Below are positions 1 through 9,196 of a stretch of 64,000 bases of DNA, one piece after another. Each line of letters begins with the position of its first letter. Within the stretch, counting starts at the first letter, position 1. Origin of the DNA: an uncultured Chloroflexia bacterium (GTDB lineage: Bacteria; Chloroflexota; Limnocylindria; Limnocylindrales; CSP1-4); NCBI GenBank assembly GCA_963813535.1, contig CAWEZH010000002.1:1312001-1376000 (forward strand), written 5' to 3'. The notes below the pieces were generated by a model that was not told the origin of the DNA, searched no databases, and was given only the letters and a program-made list of their open reading frames with translations. Both the position numbers and the translations under genes were made by a program.

Positions 1-25
1 ACGATGGTCCAGCCGTGACGGGGCC

Positions 26-439
26 GTGGCTTCGTCGACGGCGGAACGGAGCCAGACGATGACCGACTCGCCATCCCCGCCGAATGACTCCAACCCGACC
101 ACGCGATACGACCCTCCACCGCCCGAGGATCCGGTCGTGCCGGCCGGCGCTCAGGGCGCGGCGCCCGATGCTCCCACTCCGCCGCCGGTCTCCTCGTCGG
201 CACCGCCACCGCCTCCCCCGATGGCCCCCGCACCCACCTGGCGCTCTCGACGCGACGACCCCGGCCGCACCGGGTCGATCATCTTCGGCGTCATCCTCCT
301 GGCCGTCGGGCTGTGGTTCTTCGCCGACCAGACGCTCGGGCTCGACATGCCGCGGCTCCGCTGGAGCGAGCTCTGGCCGCTGCTGATCATCGCGATCGGC
401 GCCTGGGTCGTGCTCGCGTCGATGCGTCGAGGCCGATGA
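26..439 (+). CDS. Pro-rich membrane protein with LiaF/DUF5668-like two-TM C-terminus
   Basis: Pro-rich N-terminus followed by GSIIFGVILLAVGLWFF...LWPLLIIAIGAWVV. Start may be ATG 59. ATGA overlap with the next gene. Confidence 0.65.
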   Translation: MASSTAERSQTMTDSPSPPNDSNPTTRYDPPPPEDPVVPAGAQGAAPDAPTPPPVSSSAPPPPPPMAPAPTWRSRRDDPGRTGSIIFGVILLAVGLWFFADQTLGLDMPRLRWSELWPLLIIAIGAWVVLASMRRGR

Positions 440-1107
440 CGTCCGATACGCCAGGTTGGGTCCAGGGCGACGGGTCGCTGCAGGACCGACTGACGCTGGC
501 CGATTGGCGTCGGCGGGTCGCCGCTCTGTATGCGGAGGTGCGCACGATGGCGGCAAGCGACCCAGGCGTCGCGCTGGCCCACTGGCGAACCGTCCGTGAG
601 TGGCTGTTCCGCGACCATCCCCAGTCGCCGGTGCCGGTGGCGGAGCGAGCGTCGTTCGTCGCGCACCATTTCGAGCACGATCCCGCGCTCCGATTCGTGA
701 CACCGATCGAGCCCGCACCCGCCACCGATCCAGGTGCGCTCTCGATGGAGCTGCCGAACAGCGGCACCGACACCCTGTCGTTCCGGCGGATCGGCACGGT
801 CCGGCTGCGCTTCCCCGCCGGCGAGCGACGCCTTTCGGTCTTCTGGATGGCCGGCTATGCCGGTGGTCTGTTCATCCCGTTCCGCGACGCGACGAACGGG
901 GAGGAAACGTATGCCGCAGGCCGCTATCTGATCGATGCCGCGAAGTCGCACGACCTCGGCGTGGACACGTCGACCGGCGGTGTGATCCTCGACTTCAACT
1001 TCGCGACCCAGCCGTCGTGCGCGTTCGACCCGCGCTGGGCCTGCCCGCTGGCGCCTCCGGAGAATTGGCTCGACATCGCGGTCCGCGCCGGCGAACGGCT
1101 GACCTAG
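436..1107 (+). CDS. DUF1684 family protein
   Basis: LADWRRRVAALYA, HPQSPV, LFIPFRDATNGEETYAAGRYL, LDFNFATQPSCAFDPRWACPLAPPEN motifs. ATG 436 overlaps the upstream TGA. Confidence 0.88.
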   Translation: MTSDTPGWVQGDGSLQDRLTLADWRRRVAALYAEVRTMAASDPGVALAHWRTVREWLFRDHPQSPVPVAERASFVAHHFEHDPALRFVTPIEPAPATDPGALSMELPNSGTDTLSFRRIGTVRLRFPAGERRLSVFWMAGYAGGLFIPFRDATNGEETYAAGRYLIDAAKSHDLGVDTSTGGVILDFNFATQPSCAFDPRWACPLAPPENWLDIAVRAGERLT

Positions 1108-1143
1108 CCGGACCGTCCGGCGTCCGCCGCGTACCATCCGTCG

Positions 1144-1584
1144 ATGACCGAGACGACCGCGACCGCGTCACCGCTCACCCCGGCGATCCGCGAGTTCATC
1201 GCCGAAACGCGCTTCACGAGCATCGCCACGCTCGACCCCGACGGTGCGCCGCGCCAGGCCGTCGTCTGGTATCGACTCGACGGCGAGGAGATCGTGCTGA
1301 ACAGCGCGGTCGGTCGGCGTTGGCCGGCGAATCTCGTCCGTGACGGCCGCATCAGCCTCGCCGTCCTCGACGCAGGCGGTTACAGGTGGGTCGGGCTGAC
1401 CGGCGTGGCGACACCAGTCACCGACCAGCCGACCGCCCAGGCGGACATCGCCGAGATGGCTCGCCGCTACCACGCCGACGATCCTGCCAAGGCCGAGCGG
1501 CTCATCGCGAACCGTTTCCAGCGCCAGGAGCGCATCAGCTTCCGGGTCCGCGTCGATGCGGCCCACGAGCACCTCGAGGACTGA
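1144..1584 (+). CDS. PPOX-class (split beta-barrel) probable F420-dependent oxidoreductase
   Basis: IATLDPDGAPRQAVVWY, NLVRDGRISLAV; 146 aa; lies next to cof genes. Confidence 0.85.
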   Translation: MTETTATASPLTPAIREFIAETRFTSIATLDPDGAPRQAVVWYRLDGEEIVLNSAVGRRWPANLVRDGRISLAVLDAGGYRWVGLTGVATPVTDQPTAQADIAEMARRYHADDPAKAERLIANRFQRQERISFRVRVDAAHEHLED

Positions 1585-1587
1585 CCG

Positions 1588-2529
1588 ATGGCTGGAGACG
1601 CGATGCCCGTCAAGTTCGGGCTCCAGCTGTGGTCGCAGGCCACCGACTGGCCGTCGTTCCGCGACGCCGCGCTGGCCGCCGAGGCGAACGGCTGGGACTC
1701 GGTCTGGACCTGGGACCACCTGCTCGCGATCTTCGGCCCATGGGAGCAACCGATCTTCGAGGGGTGGAGCGCGCTGGCCGCGCTCGGTCCGATCACGAGT
1801 CGAGTCCGACTCGGGTTGATGGTCGGTGCCAACACGTTCCGCAACCCGGGTGTCACGACGAAGCTCGCGACGACGCTCGATCACGTCTCCGAGGGGCGCG
1901 CGGTCGTCGGCATCGGTGCGGCGTGGTTCGAACGCGAGCACGACGCATTCGGCATCCCGTTCGGCGCGAGCCCGGGCGAACGGATCGGCTGGCTCGATGA
2001 GGCCGTGATGCTGATGCGCCGATTGCTTGACGGCGAGCGCGTCGACCACACGGGCCCGACCTACGCGATGCACGACGCGTTGTGCGAACCGCGCCCCATC
2101 CAACCGCATCTCCCGATCCTCATCGGTGGCAGCGGGCGACAGAAGACGCTGCGGGTCGTCGCGGAGCGGGCGGACGGCTGGAACACGTCAGGGTCGTTCG
2201 ACGAGGTCCAGGACGCCCTGCAGACGCTCGAGCGCCACTGCGCGGCCATCGGTCGCGATCCCGCGACGATCGAGAAGACCGTCAGCTTCCACATCGTGTT
2301 GCGCGATGACGCCTTCGCGGCCGCTGTGCGCACGCGAGAGCTCCTGGCACACAACGGCGTCGACCCGGGTGATTTTGACGGCTCCCTCGCGGGAACGCCC
2401 GCCCAGGTCGCGGACGAATTGGGCCGGCATCAAGCGCTCGGTTTCGAGACGTTCATCGTGCGCATGCCCGCCCCGTACGACCTCGAGACGATCGAGCGGA
2501 TGCGGGAGGTCGCCGACCTCCTGGTCTGA
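1588..2529 (+). CDS. LLM-class (luciferase-like) probable F420-dependent oxidoreductase
   Basis: DSVWTWDHL, RLGLMVGANTFRNPG, TLDHVSEGRAVVGIGAAWFEREH, ILIGGSG. Start may be 1603. Confidence 0.9.
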   Translation: MAGDAMPVKFGLQLWSQATDWPSFRDAALAAEANGWDSVWTWDHLLAIFGPWEQPIFEGWSALAALGPITSRVRLGLMVGANTFRNPGVTTKLATTLDHVSEGRAVVGIGAAWFEREHDAFGIPFGASPGERIGWLDEAVMLMRRLLDGERVDHTGPTYAMHDALCEPRPIQPHLPILIGGSGRQKTLRVVAERADGWNTSGSFDEVQDALQTLERHCAAIGRDPATIEKTVSFHIVLRDDAFAAAVRTRELLAHNGVDPGDFDGSLAGTPAQVADELGRHQALGFETFIVRMPAPYDLETIERMREVADLLV

Positions 2530-2537
2530 GGGTCTGC

Positions 2538-3812
2538 TCAGGGGCCCGCACTGGTCGACCGGCGGTTCCACTCCGTCATGATCGCCTGCTCGAGGCGCTT
2601 GGCCTGGCTGCGCGGGAAGCTCACGGTCAGGTGGCCCCGATTGCGATGGACCAGCTTGCCCCACACCACCTCAGGACACGGGCTGGTGGGGCACACCCAC
2701 CGCTCCGGGTTGATGAACCCGGCCTTCCTCGCGCGGGCGACCCCGGCCTCGACGTTCAACCACGTGTAGCTGATCGCGCTCGAGACCGACGTCGCACAGC
2801 GGATCGAGTGCTTCGGGTTGCGGGCGAGGCACCCCGCCGGACTCCAGATGCGCGAGTTGGGCGTGTCCGCCAGGATGATGACACGACGCGCATACGGCAC
2901 GAGCCGGGCGAGCGTCCAGCGCATGCCCGTGATCCAGGCATCGGTCCGCGTCTTGCCGGTCAGGATCCGCCCGGCGTGGTTCGCGGCCACGAAGCCGCGC
3001 GAGCCGGACAGGAGGACGATGGCCGGCCGGATCTGACGGAGGCGCTCGACAGCACGGAGCCGCCACGAGAGACAGCCGCGGTCGATGGCGCGCTTGGTCT
3101 TGTCGTACGAGAGGAGCTTGGCCGGCGGACAGGTCGAGCGGGTCATGTTGATGAAGCGCCAGCCGCGGGCCTTCGCCACCCGCTCGACGGCCGGGAACCA
3201 GCTGAGCGCATGGCTGTCGCCGAACAGCACGATCGTCGTCTTGGCGCGGACGTTGGCGTAGATGCATCTCGACGACCCAGGTGCGGCCCAGTGGCAGCCA
3301 TCGCGATGCGGAAGCGGCATCTCGCGCGACACGCGGTCGAGACTCGCAAGCAGGGATCGCGGGACCGGCCCATCGACGGTCGCGGCTCGCTTGGGTGGAA
3401 CGATGGTCGGCGGAGGCGGCGCCGGCGGCGCGGGCGTGGGAGTCGGCGTCGGCACGGGCGTGGGCGTGGCGGTCGGTGTCGCCGTGGGTGTCGCCGTCGG
3501 GGTCGATGTCGGTGTGGCGGTCGGCGTCGCCGTGGGTGTCGCAGTCGGCGTGGCCGTGGGTGTCGGCTCCGGTGTCGCGGTCGGTGTCGGCTCCGGTGTC
3601 GCCGTCGGTGTCGGCTCCGGGGTGGGCGTCGGCGTGGGCTCGGCATCGGCCCCGATGGCGGCCAGCCGCTGACTCCCGTCGGATGGGAGGGGCGGTCCCC
3701 ATGCGCTCACGATCGTCGCGATGAGCGTGGCGACGATGACGATCGTGATCCCGAGCGACAGCCCGCCGCCCATCCGTGCCTGGACCGACGCGGCGCCGAG
3801 GTGGCGGAACAT
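2538..3812 (-). CDS. Membrane-anchored/secreted SGNH hydrolase-domain protein with PT-repeat linker
   Basis: N-terminal hydrophobic segment, PT repeat, then IVLFGDSHALSWFPA and Cys pairs typical of the SGNH domain of AT3-SGNH acyltransferases. GAGGGG RBS before ATG 3812. Confidence 0.75.
   Translation of the reverse strand: MFRHLGAASVQARMGGGLSLGITIVIVATLIATIVSAWGPPLPSDGSQRLAAIGADAEPTPTPTPEPTPTATPEPTPTATPEPTPTATPTATPTATPTATPTSTPTATPTATPTATPTPVPTPTPTPAPPAPPPPTIVPPKRAATVDGPVPRSLLASLDRVSREMPLPHRDGCHWAAPGSSRCIYANVRAKTTIVLFGDSHALSWFPAVERVAKARGWRFINMTRSTCPPAKLLSYDKTKRAIDRGCLSWRLRAVERLRQIRPAIVLLSGSRGFVAANHAGRILTGKTRTDAWITGMRWTLARLVPYARRVIILADTPNSRIWSPAGCLARNPKHSIRCATSVSSAISYTWLNVEAGVARARKAGFINPERWVCPTSPCPEVVWGKLVHRNRGHLTVSFPRSQAKRLEQAIMTEWNRRSTSAGP
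3410..3642 (-). repeat. Coding tandem repeat (TPEPTPTA / TPTA units)
   Basis: Degenerate 12/24-bp repeats such as ggtgtcggctccggtgtcgc encode the Pro/Thr linker. Confidence 0.9.
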
Positions 3813-4040
3813 CACATCCCCTCGGGCGCCGACCGGCTTCGAATGTCGAGCACCCCTCATCGACGCTTCGAACGCGGTCGTATTACGGCCGGCGATCAGC
3901 CGGCCGCGGCGGTCAGACATGACAGACTTGATGTCGCATCGCAGTGCCACCCTGGTGAAGGAGGACCCCGTGACCGTTGGCGGCGGAACCGTACGCGCCA
4001 GGTCAAGACGCGTCCACCCTTCCAGGGGGCCATCTGGCAC

Positions 4041-4994
4041 ATGAAGGTCGTCCTGCTGGCCGGTGGCGTGGGTGGGGCGAAGATGGCCGATGGCCTCGCC
4101 TCACAGGTCGGTCGCGACCTCACCGTCGTGGTCAACACCGGCGACGACCTCGAGCTCCATGGGCTCGCGATCTGGCCCGATCACGACACGGTCGCCTACA
4201 CGCTGGCTGGACTCGACGACGAGGTCCGAGGTTGGGGTGTCAATGGCGAGAGCTGGACCGTGATGGACCGGCTCGAGGGGCTCGGAGAACGGGAATGGTT
4301 CCGGCTCGGCGACAAGGACCTCGCGACCCACATCTGGCGGACGGATCGGTTGCGCGCGGGTCGACGAGCGACCGAGGTCGCGCTCGAGCTCACCGCTGCG
4401 ATGGGCATCGGATCGCGGATCCTGCCGATGGCCGATGAACCTGTCCGGACCGAGGTCCGCACGGACGATGGCTGGCTCGAGTTCCAGGAGTACTTCGTCC
4501 ATCGCCACCAGGAGCCGACGGTGCACGAGGTCCGCTTCCGCGGGATCGACACGGCGCGGGCCACCCCGGAGGTCATCGCCGGCGTCGCTCAAGCCGAGGT
4601 GATCGTCATCGCACCGTCGAACCCGATCGTCTCGGTCGACCCGATCCTTGCCGTTCCCGGGACCCGCGCGGCGGTCGAGGAGGCACGGGCGCGACGGATA
4701 CCCATCGTCGCCGTCAGCGGGATCGTCGGCGGGAAGGCGCTCAAGGGACCAGCCGACCGGATGCTGGCATCCCTTGGCGAGGAGCCGAGCGCATCTGGTG
4801 TGGCGGCGCGGTACGCGCCGCTTCTCAGTCATTTCGTGCTCGACGACGTCGATAGGGCGCTCGAGCCGGCCATCCGGAAGCTCGGCGTCGAGACCCTCGT
4901 GACCGACACGATCATGACCGACGACACGTCACGGGCCAGGCTGGCCGGCGAGATCCTGCGATTCGCGACGGCGTCCGTCGGCAGGACCCGATGA
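4041..4994 (+). CDS. cofD: 2-phospho-L-lactate transferase (CofD/FbiA)
   Basis: MKVVLLAGGVGGAK, VVNTGDD, PDHDTVAYTLAG, WFRLGDKDLATH, FQEYFV, APSNPIVS, KGPADRM. Confidence 0.95.
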   Translation: MKVVLLAGGVGGAKMADGLASQVGRDLTVVVNTGDDLELHGLAIWPDHDTVAYTLAGLDDEVRGWGVNGESWTVMDRLEGLGEREWFRLGDKDLATHIWRTDRLRAGRRATEVALELTAAMGIGSRILPMADEPVRTEVRTDDGWLEFQEYFVHRHQEPTVHEVRFRGIDTARATPEVIAGVAQAEVIVIAPSNPIVSVDPILAVPGTRAAVEEARARRIPIVAVSGIVGGKALKGPADRMLASLGEEPSASGVAARYAPLLSHFVLDDVDRALEPAIRKLGVETLVTDTIMTDDTSRARLAGEILRFATASVGRTR

Positions 4995-5614
4995 CCACGC
5001 CTCGGATCGTCGCCATCGTCCCGGTGGGCTCCATCGAAGGGGCGAAATCGCGGCTCGGCGCGGTCCTCGACGCGGAGGAACGCCACGACCTCGCCCTGCG
5101 CCTCGCCGAAACGACGATCCGCGCCGCGGTCGCGACACCAGGCATCGATGAGACGTTGGTGATCACCCCGGACGATGAGGTGCGCGAGCTCGGCTTGCGG
5201 GCGGGCGCCCGGCCGATGCGCCAGAGCAGCCGAGGACTCAACGACGGCCTGCGCGAGGCGCGGGATGAGGCCATCGCGGGTGGCGCCAGTGCGGTCCTCG
5301 TGCTGCCGATCGACATCCCACGGATATCGGCAGCGTCGCTTGGTCCGCTTGTCGATCTCGCCAGAGGCGCGACGAGTCCACTCGTCGCGATCGTTCCCGA
5401 CCGTCACGGCCGCGGTACGAACGCGTTGGTACTCAGGCCGCCGGACGTGATCGACTTCTGCTTCGGCGGCGACAGCTGGCAGGCACACCTCGAGGCAGCT
5501 CGCGAGGCCGATGCGACGATCGAAACCCTCGACGGGCCCCTGACACTCGACATCGACACGCCCGAGGACCTGCTGCTCGCGCAGGCCGAGATGCCCGAGA
5601 CGGTCGGTGGCTGA
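4991..5614 (+). CDS. cofC: Phospholactate/PEP guanylyltransferase (CofC/FbiD)
   Basis: IVPVGSIEGAKSRL, GLNDGL, PDRHGRGTNAL, FGGDS, LDIDTPEDL; ATGA-coupled to cofD. Confidence 0.93.
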   Translation: MTTPRIVAIVPVGSIEGAKSRLGAVLDAEERHDLALRLAETTIRAAVATPGIDETLVITPDDEVRELGLRAGARPMRQSSRGLNDGLREARDEAIAGGASAVLVLPIDIPRISAASLGPLVDLARGATSPLVAIVPDRHGRGTNALVLRPPDVIDFCFGGDSWQAHLEAAREADATIETLDGPLTLDIDTPEDLLLAQAEMPETVGG

Positions 5615-6374
5615 CCGCATCGAGGCCGTCGCCATCGAGGGTCTCGGAGAGATCGTCCCCGGGGACGACCTGCCGGCCCTCATCGCCAGCGCAGTCGCGG
5701 GCGCAACGAGCGTCCTGCCGCTGCGTGACGACGATGTCCTGGTCGTCACCCAGAAGGTCGTGTCGAAGGCCGAGGGCGCCGTGGTCGACCTGACCACGAT
5801 CGAGCCGCGAGCCGAGGCGGTCGAGTACGCCCAGCGGTTCGACCGTGACCCACGCCAGGTCGAGCTCGTGCTTCGCGAAGCGAAGCGGGTCGTGCGCATG
5901 GACAACGGTCTGGTCATCACCGAGACCCACCATGGGTTCGTCTGCGCGAACGGCGGTATCGATGCGTCGAACGTCGGGCCACGTACCGGGGACATCGTCA
6001 CGCTGCTGCCGCGCGACCCGGACGCCTCCGCCGACGCGATCCGGGCGGCGATCCGAGACCGCATCGGGCATGACCTGCCGGTGATCGTGTCGGACAGCTT
6101 CGGGCGGCCCTGGCGGTTCGGCATCGTCGATGTCGCGATCGGCGTGTCGGGCCTGCTGCCGCTCGACGATCTCCGTGGCACCCCCGACGCCGACGGCCGC
6201 GTGATGAAGTCGACGGTCCGCGCCGTCGCCGACCAGATCGCCTCGGCCGCGGAGCTCGCACTCGGCAAGACGGCCCGCCGGCCGCTGGCCCTGGTCCGCG
6301 GCGCCACGTTCCGCCGCGGCGAGGGCCGCATCGCGGATATGGTCATGCCCGCGGAGATGGACCTCTTCCGCTAA
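5607..6374 (+). CDS. cofE: Coenzyme F420-0:gamma-glutamyl ligase (single-domain CofE)
   Basis: GEIVPGDDL, VVTQKVVSKAEG, HGFVCANGGIDASN, LLPRDPDASA, DSFGRPWR, ends DLFR. Confidence 0.95.
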   Translation: MADRIEAVAIEGLGEIVPGDDLPALIASAVAGATSVLPLRDDDVLVVTQKVVSKAEGAVVDLTTIEPRAEAVEYAQRFDRDPRQVELVLREAKRVVRMDNGLVITETHHGFVCANGGIDASNVGPRTGDIVTLLPRDPDASADAIRAAIRDRIGHDLPVIVSDSFGRPWRFGIVDVAIGVSGLLPLDDLRGTPDADGRVMKSTVRAVADQIASAAELALGKTARRPLALVRGATFRRGEGRIADMVMPAEMDLFR

Positions 6375-6384
6375 CCTCCGGCCG

Positions 6385-7284
6385 ATGAAGGTCGGGCTCC
6401 AGATCTGCTCGTTCACGTGGCCCGGTGGGTCCGAGGCGATCGCACCGACCCTCGCCCGGATCGTCCGGGACGCCGACGAGATGGGCTTCGACTCGATCTG
6501 GGTCATGGACCACTTCTTCCAGATCCGTGGCGTCGGCCGGATCGAGGAACCCATGCTCGAGGGCATGACGACTCTTGGCTTCATGGCCGCCCATTCCATA
6601 CGCGCCCGGCTGGGGCTCATGGTCGGTGGCATCCACTACCGCAACCCGGGGCTGTGGGTCAAGGCGACGACGACGCTCGACGTCCTCTCGGGCGGCCGCG
6701 CCTGGCTGGGCATCGGCGCGGCCTGGAACCAGGAGGAATCGCGCGCGCTCGGCTTCCCGTTCCCACCGCTCGGCGAGCGGTTCGAGATGCTCGAGGAGAC
6801 ACTCCGGATCGCCCACGGGATGTTCGAGGGCGAGCGCGGGTCGGAGGGGAGCTTCCAGGGTCGTCACTTCCGCGCCGAGCGGCTCATGAACTCCCCGCAG
6901 TCGATCTCCCGACCCCGCATCCCGATCATGGTCGGCGGCGGGGGTGAGAAGAAGACGCTTCGGCTCGTCGCCCAGTACGCCGACGCGTGCAATGTCTTCG
7001 GTTCGCCGGAGGGCATCGCGCGGAAGTTCGCGATCCTCGACGAGCACTGTGCGGCCGTCGGGCGCGACCCGCGCGAGATCGAGCGGTCGACCCTCCAGAA
7101 CGTCCGTCTCGGGCCACCGAGCTCCACCCGCACCGAGTCGCCCCAACAGATCGTCGACCGCTTCGGCGAGCTATGGGACGCCGGCGCAGAGCACATCATC
7201 TTCGAGCTGAAGGACGCCAGCGAGCCCGAGTACATGGAGGGGCTCGGCAGGGACGTTCTGCCCGCGCTCCACGCCATCGGTTGA
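6385..7284 (+). CDS. LLM-class F420-dependent oxidoreductase
   Basis: GFDSIWVMDHFFQI, TTLDVLSGGRAWLGIGAAW, IMVGGGGEKKTLRLVAQYADACN. Confidence 0.93.
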   Translation: MKVGLQICSFTWPGGSEAIAPTLARIVRDADEMGFDSIWVMDHFFQIRGVGRIEEPMLEGMTTLGFMAAHSIRARLGLMVGGIHYRNPGLWVKATTTLDVLSGGRAWLGIGAAWNQEESRALGFPFPPLGERFEMLEETLRIAHGMFEGERGSEGSFQGRHFRAERLMNSPQSISRPRIPIMVGGGGEKKTLRLVAQYADACNVFGSPEGIARKFAILDEHCAAVGRDPREIERSTLQNVRLGPPSSTRTESPQQIVDRFGELWDAGAEHIIFELKDASEPEYMEGLGRDVLPALHAIG

Positions 7285-7349
7285 CCTAGGATGTGCGGAG
7301 AAACGCGATGCCATCACGCTCCGGGACGGCGTGGCTCGGCGCGGCGCCC

Positions 7350-7368
7350 GATACCCCCTGGGGGTATC
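7350..7368. promoter_or_regulatory. Perfect palindrome GATACCCCC-T-GGGGGTATC, CsoR/RicR/CstR-type operator
   Basis: 9-bp perfect inverted repeat of the TAC-C-tract/G-tract-GTA form, covering the -35 position of a promoter with -10 TAGCAT at 7382-7387. Confidence 0.75.
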
Positions 7369-7394
7369 AGTGACGAAGGTGTAGCATAAGTTCG

Positions 7395-8462
7395 ATGACT
7401 GACACGCCCAACCCGTTCGGCGGGTTCTCGATCGCGATCGATGAGAGTCCCGCCCCGAGCGACCCGGTGACCAAACCGGGCGGCCCATCGACGGTCGAGA
7501 GCGGCGAGGGCCGCGTCGATGCGAAGCTCGTGGTCATCGGCTCAGGGCCCGCCGGACTGACGGCCGCGATCTACGCGGCCCGCGCCAACCTCGAGCCGGT
7601 CGTGCTCGCCGGGTCGGCGCCGGGCGGCCAACTGATGCTGACCAGCGACGTCGAGAACTACCCCGGCTTTCCGGACGGCATCCAGGGGCCGGAGTTGATG
7701 GCCGCGTTCCGTGGGCAGGCCGAACGCTTCGGCTCGCAGGTGGTCGACGTCGACATCGACAAGGTCGACTTCTCCGAGCGTCCGTTCCGGATCTGGGCGC
7801 GCGGGACCGAATACCGCGCCCAGGCGGTGATCGTGGCTACGGGCGCATCCGCACTGTGGCTCGGCATCGATAGTGAGACCAGGCTCCGCGGCAGGGGCGT
7901 ATCGGCGTGCGCCACCTGCGACGGCTTCTTCTTCAAGGATCGCGAGATTGCCGTCGTCGGCGGCGGCGACACGGCGTTCGAGGAGGCGACCTACCTCACC
8001 CGGTTCGCGACCAAGGTCCATCTGCTCCACCGTCGTGACACGTTCCGAGCGAGCAAGATCATGGTCGACCGGGCGCTCGCCCATCCCAAGATCGACGTCC
8101 ACCCGAACGTGGCGGTGGAGGAGGTCATCGGCACGGAGAAGGTGCGCGGCCTGAAGCTTCGCGACACGAAGACCGGCGGGATCGAGGAGATGGCCGTCGA
8201 GGGCGTGTTCATCGCCATCGGCTACGAGCCGAACACCGGCCCGTTCCGTGACTGGCTGGAGGTCGACGAGAAGGGCTACCTCGTCGTCCACGACGAAACT
8301 CGGTCGAAAGTCGATGGCGTGTTCATCGCCGGCGACGTCCATGACCATCGATATCGGCAGGCGGTGACCGCCGCAGCCGACGGCTGCAAGGCTGCTATCG
8401 ACGCCGAGCGCTGGCTCGAGGCACAGGGGATCACCGAAGCCGCGACCGCGACGGCCTGGTAG
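7395..8462 (+). CDS. trxB: Thioredoxin-disulfide reductase
   Basis: VIGSGPAGLTAAIYAARA, GVSACATCDGFFF (CxxC), VVGGGDTA, HRRDTFRA, YRQAVTAA. Confidence 0.96.
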   Translation: MTDTPNPFGGFSIAIDESPAPSDPVTKPGGPSTVESGEGRVDAKLVVIGSGPAGLTAAIYAARANLEPVVLAGSAPGGQLMLTSDVENYPGFPDGIQGPELMAAFRGQAERFGSQVVDVDIDKVDFSERPFRIWARGTEYRAQAVIVATGASALWLGIDSETRLRGRGVSACATCDGFFFKDREIAVVGGGDTAFEEATYLTRFATKVHLLHRRDTFRASKIMVDRALAHPKIDVHPNVAVEEVIGTEKVRGLKLRDTKTGGIEEMAVEGVFIAIGYEPNTGPFRDWLEVDEKGYLVVHDETRSKVDGVFIAGDVHDHRYRQAVTAAADGCKAAIDAERWLEAQGITEAATATAW

Positions 8463-8467
8463 GCCGC

Positions 8468-9196
8468 GTGGCAGTCCCGCGCCGCGAGGCGATCCTGGAG
8501 CGCCTCGGCGTGATGCCGCCCGTGTGGACGATCGTGCGGTCCGCGCTGGATGCAGCGCTCACCGATGCCGAGACCAGGGTCGACCGATCCGGGCGACCGA
8601 TCACGGCACTCGACGCCGGCTGCGGCCGCGTGTCGCAGCTCCGACCCTTCCGGTCCCGCATCGGGCGCCTGGTCGGAGCGGACATCCACCAACCGGACGA
8701 TCCCCTGCCCCACCTCGACGACTTCGTCGCCGTCGACGTGTGCGGCGCCCCCGACACCTTCCCACCCGGGACATTCGACCTGATCCTGTCGAGCTTCACG
8801 CTCGAACACTTCGCCCGGCCGTCGGCTGCGCTCGCGAACCTGCGGCAGTGGCTGGCCCCGGACGGGACGCTCATCGCCACGACGGTCAACCGGCGCCACC
8901 CGTTCGTCGCCGCCTACCTCGGCTTGCCCGACCCCGTCCGACGGCGTGTCCAACCGCTGGTCAAGTCGACTGCCGCCGACGCGCACCCGCTCGTCGGCGC
9001 CTGCAATGAGCTGTCCACGGTCGTCGATGCCCTCGCCGATGCCGGTTTCCGCGATGTCGAGGTCACCACGGTCGGACACCTCGCCCGGGCATGGGGCCGG
9101 ACCTGGCCGACGTTCGCGCTCGGCCTGGCGGGCGACCTCATCGCAAAGGACGCACCTTCCCGCCGGTCGACGATCGTCGCGGTCGCGAGGGCCTGA
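8468..9196 (+). CDS. Class I SAM-dependent methyltransferase
   Basis: ALDAGCG motif I, FDLILSSFTLEH, LAPDGTL. Confidence 0.82.
   Translation: MAVPRREAILERLGVMPPVWTIVRSALDAALTDAETRVDRSGRPITALDAGCGRVSQLRPFRSRIGRLVGADIHQPDDPLPHLDDFVAVDVCGAPDTFPPGTFDLILSSFTLEHFARPSAALANLRQWLAPDGTLIATTVNRRHPFVAAYLGLPDPVRRRVQPLVKSTAADAHPLVGACNELSTVVDALADAGFRDVEVTTVGHLARAWGRTWPTFALGLAGDLIAKDAPSRRSTIVAVARA

Noticed and set aside
3410-3642. Tandem repeats that could suggest a CRISPR or non-coding array
   Set aside because: In-frame Pro/Thr linker coding repeats, with no unique spacers and no cas genes.
2631-4040. 787-aa ORF apparently fusing a long N-terminus to CofD
   Set aside because: The extension is the antisense shadow of the SGNH gene; CofD homology begins at ATG 4041.
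3813-4040. Riboswitch in the SGNH/cofD intergenic region
   Set aside because: Hairpins are present, but I recognise no known aptamer consensus; an Rfam search would be needed.
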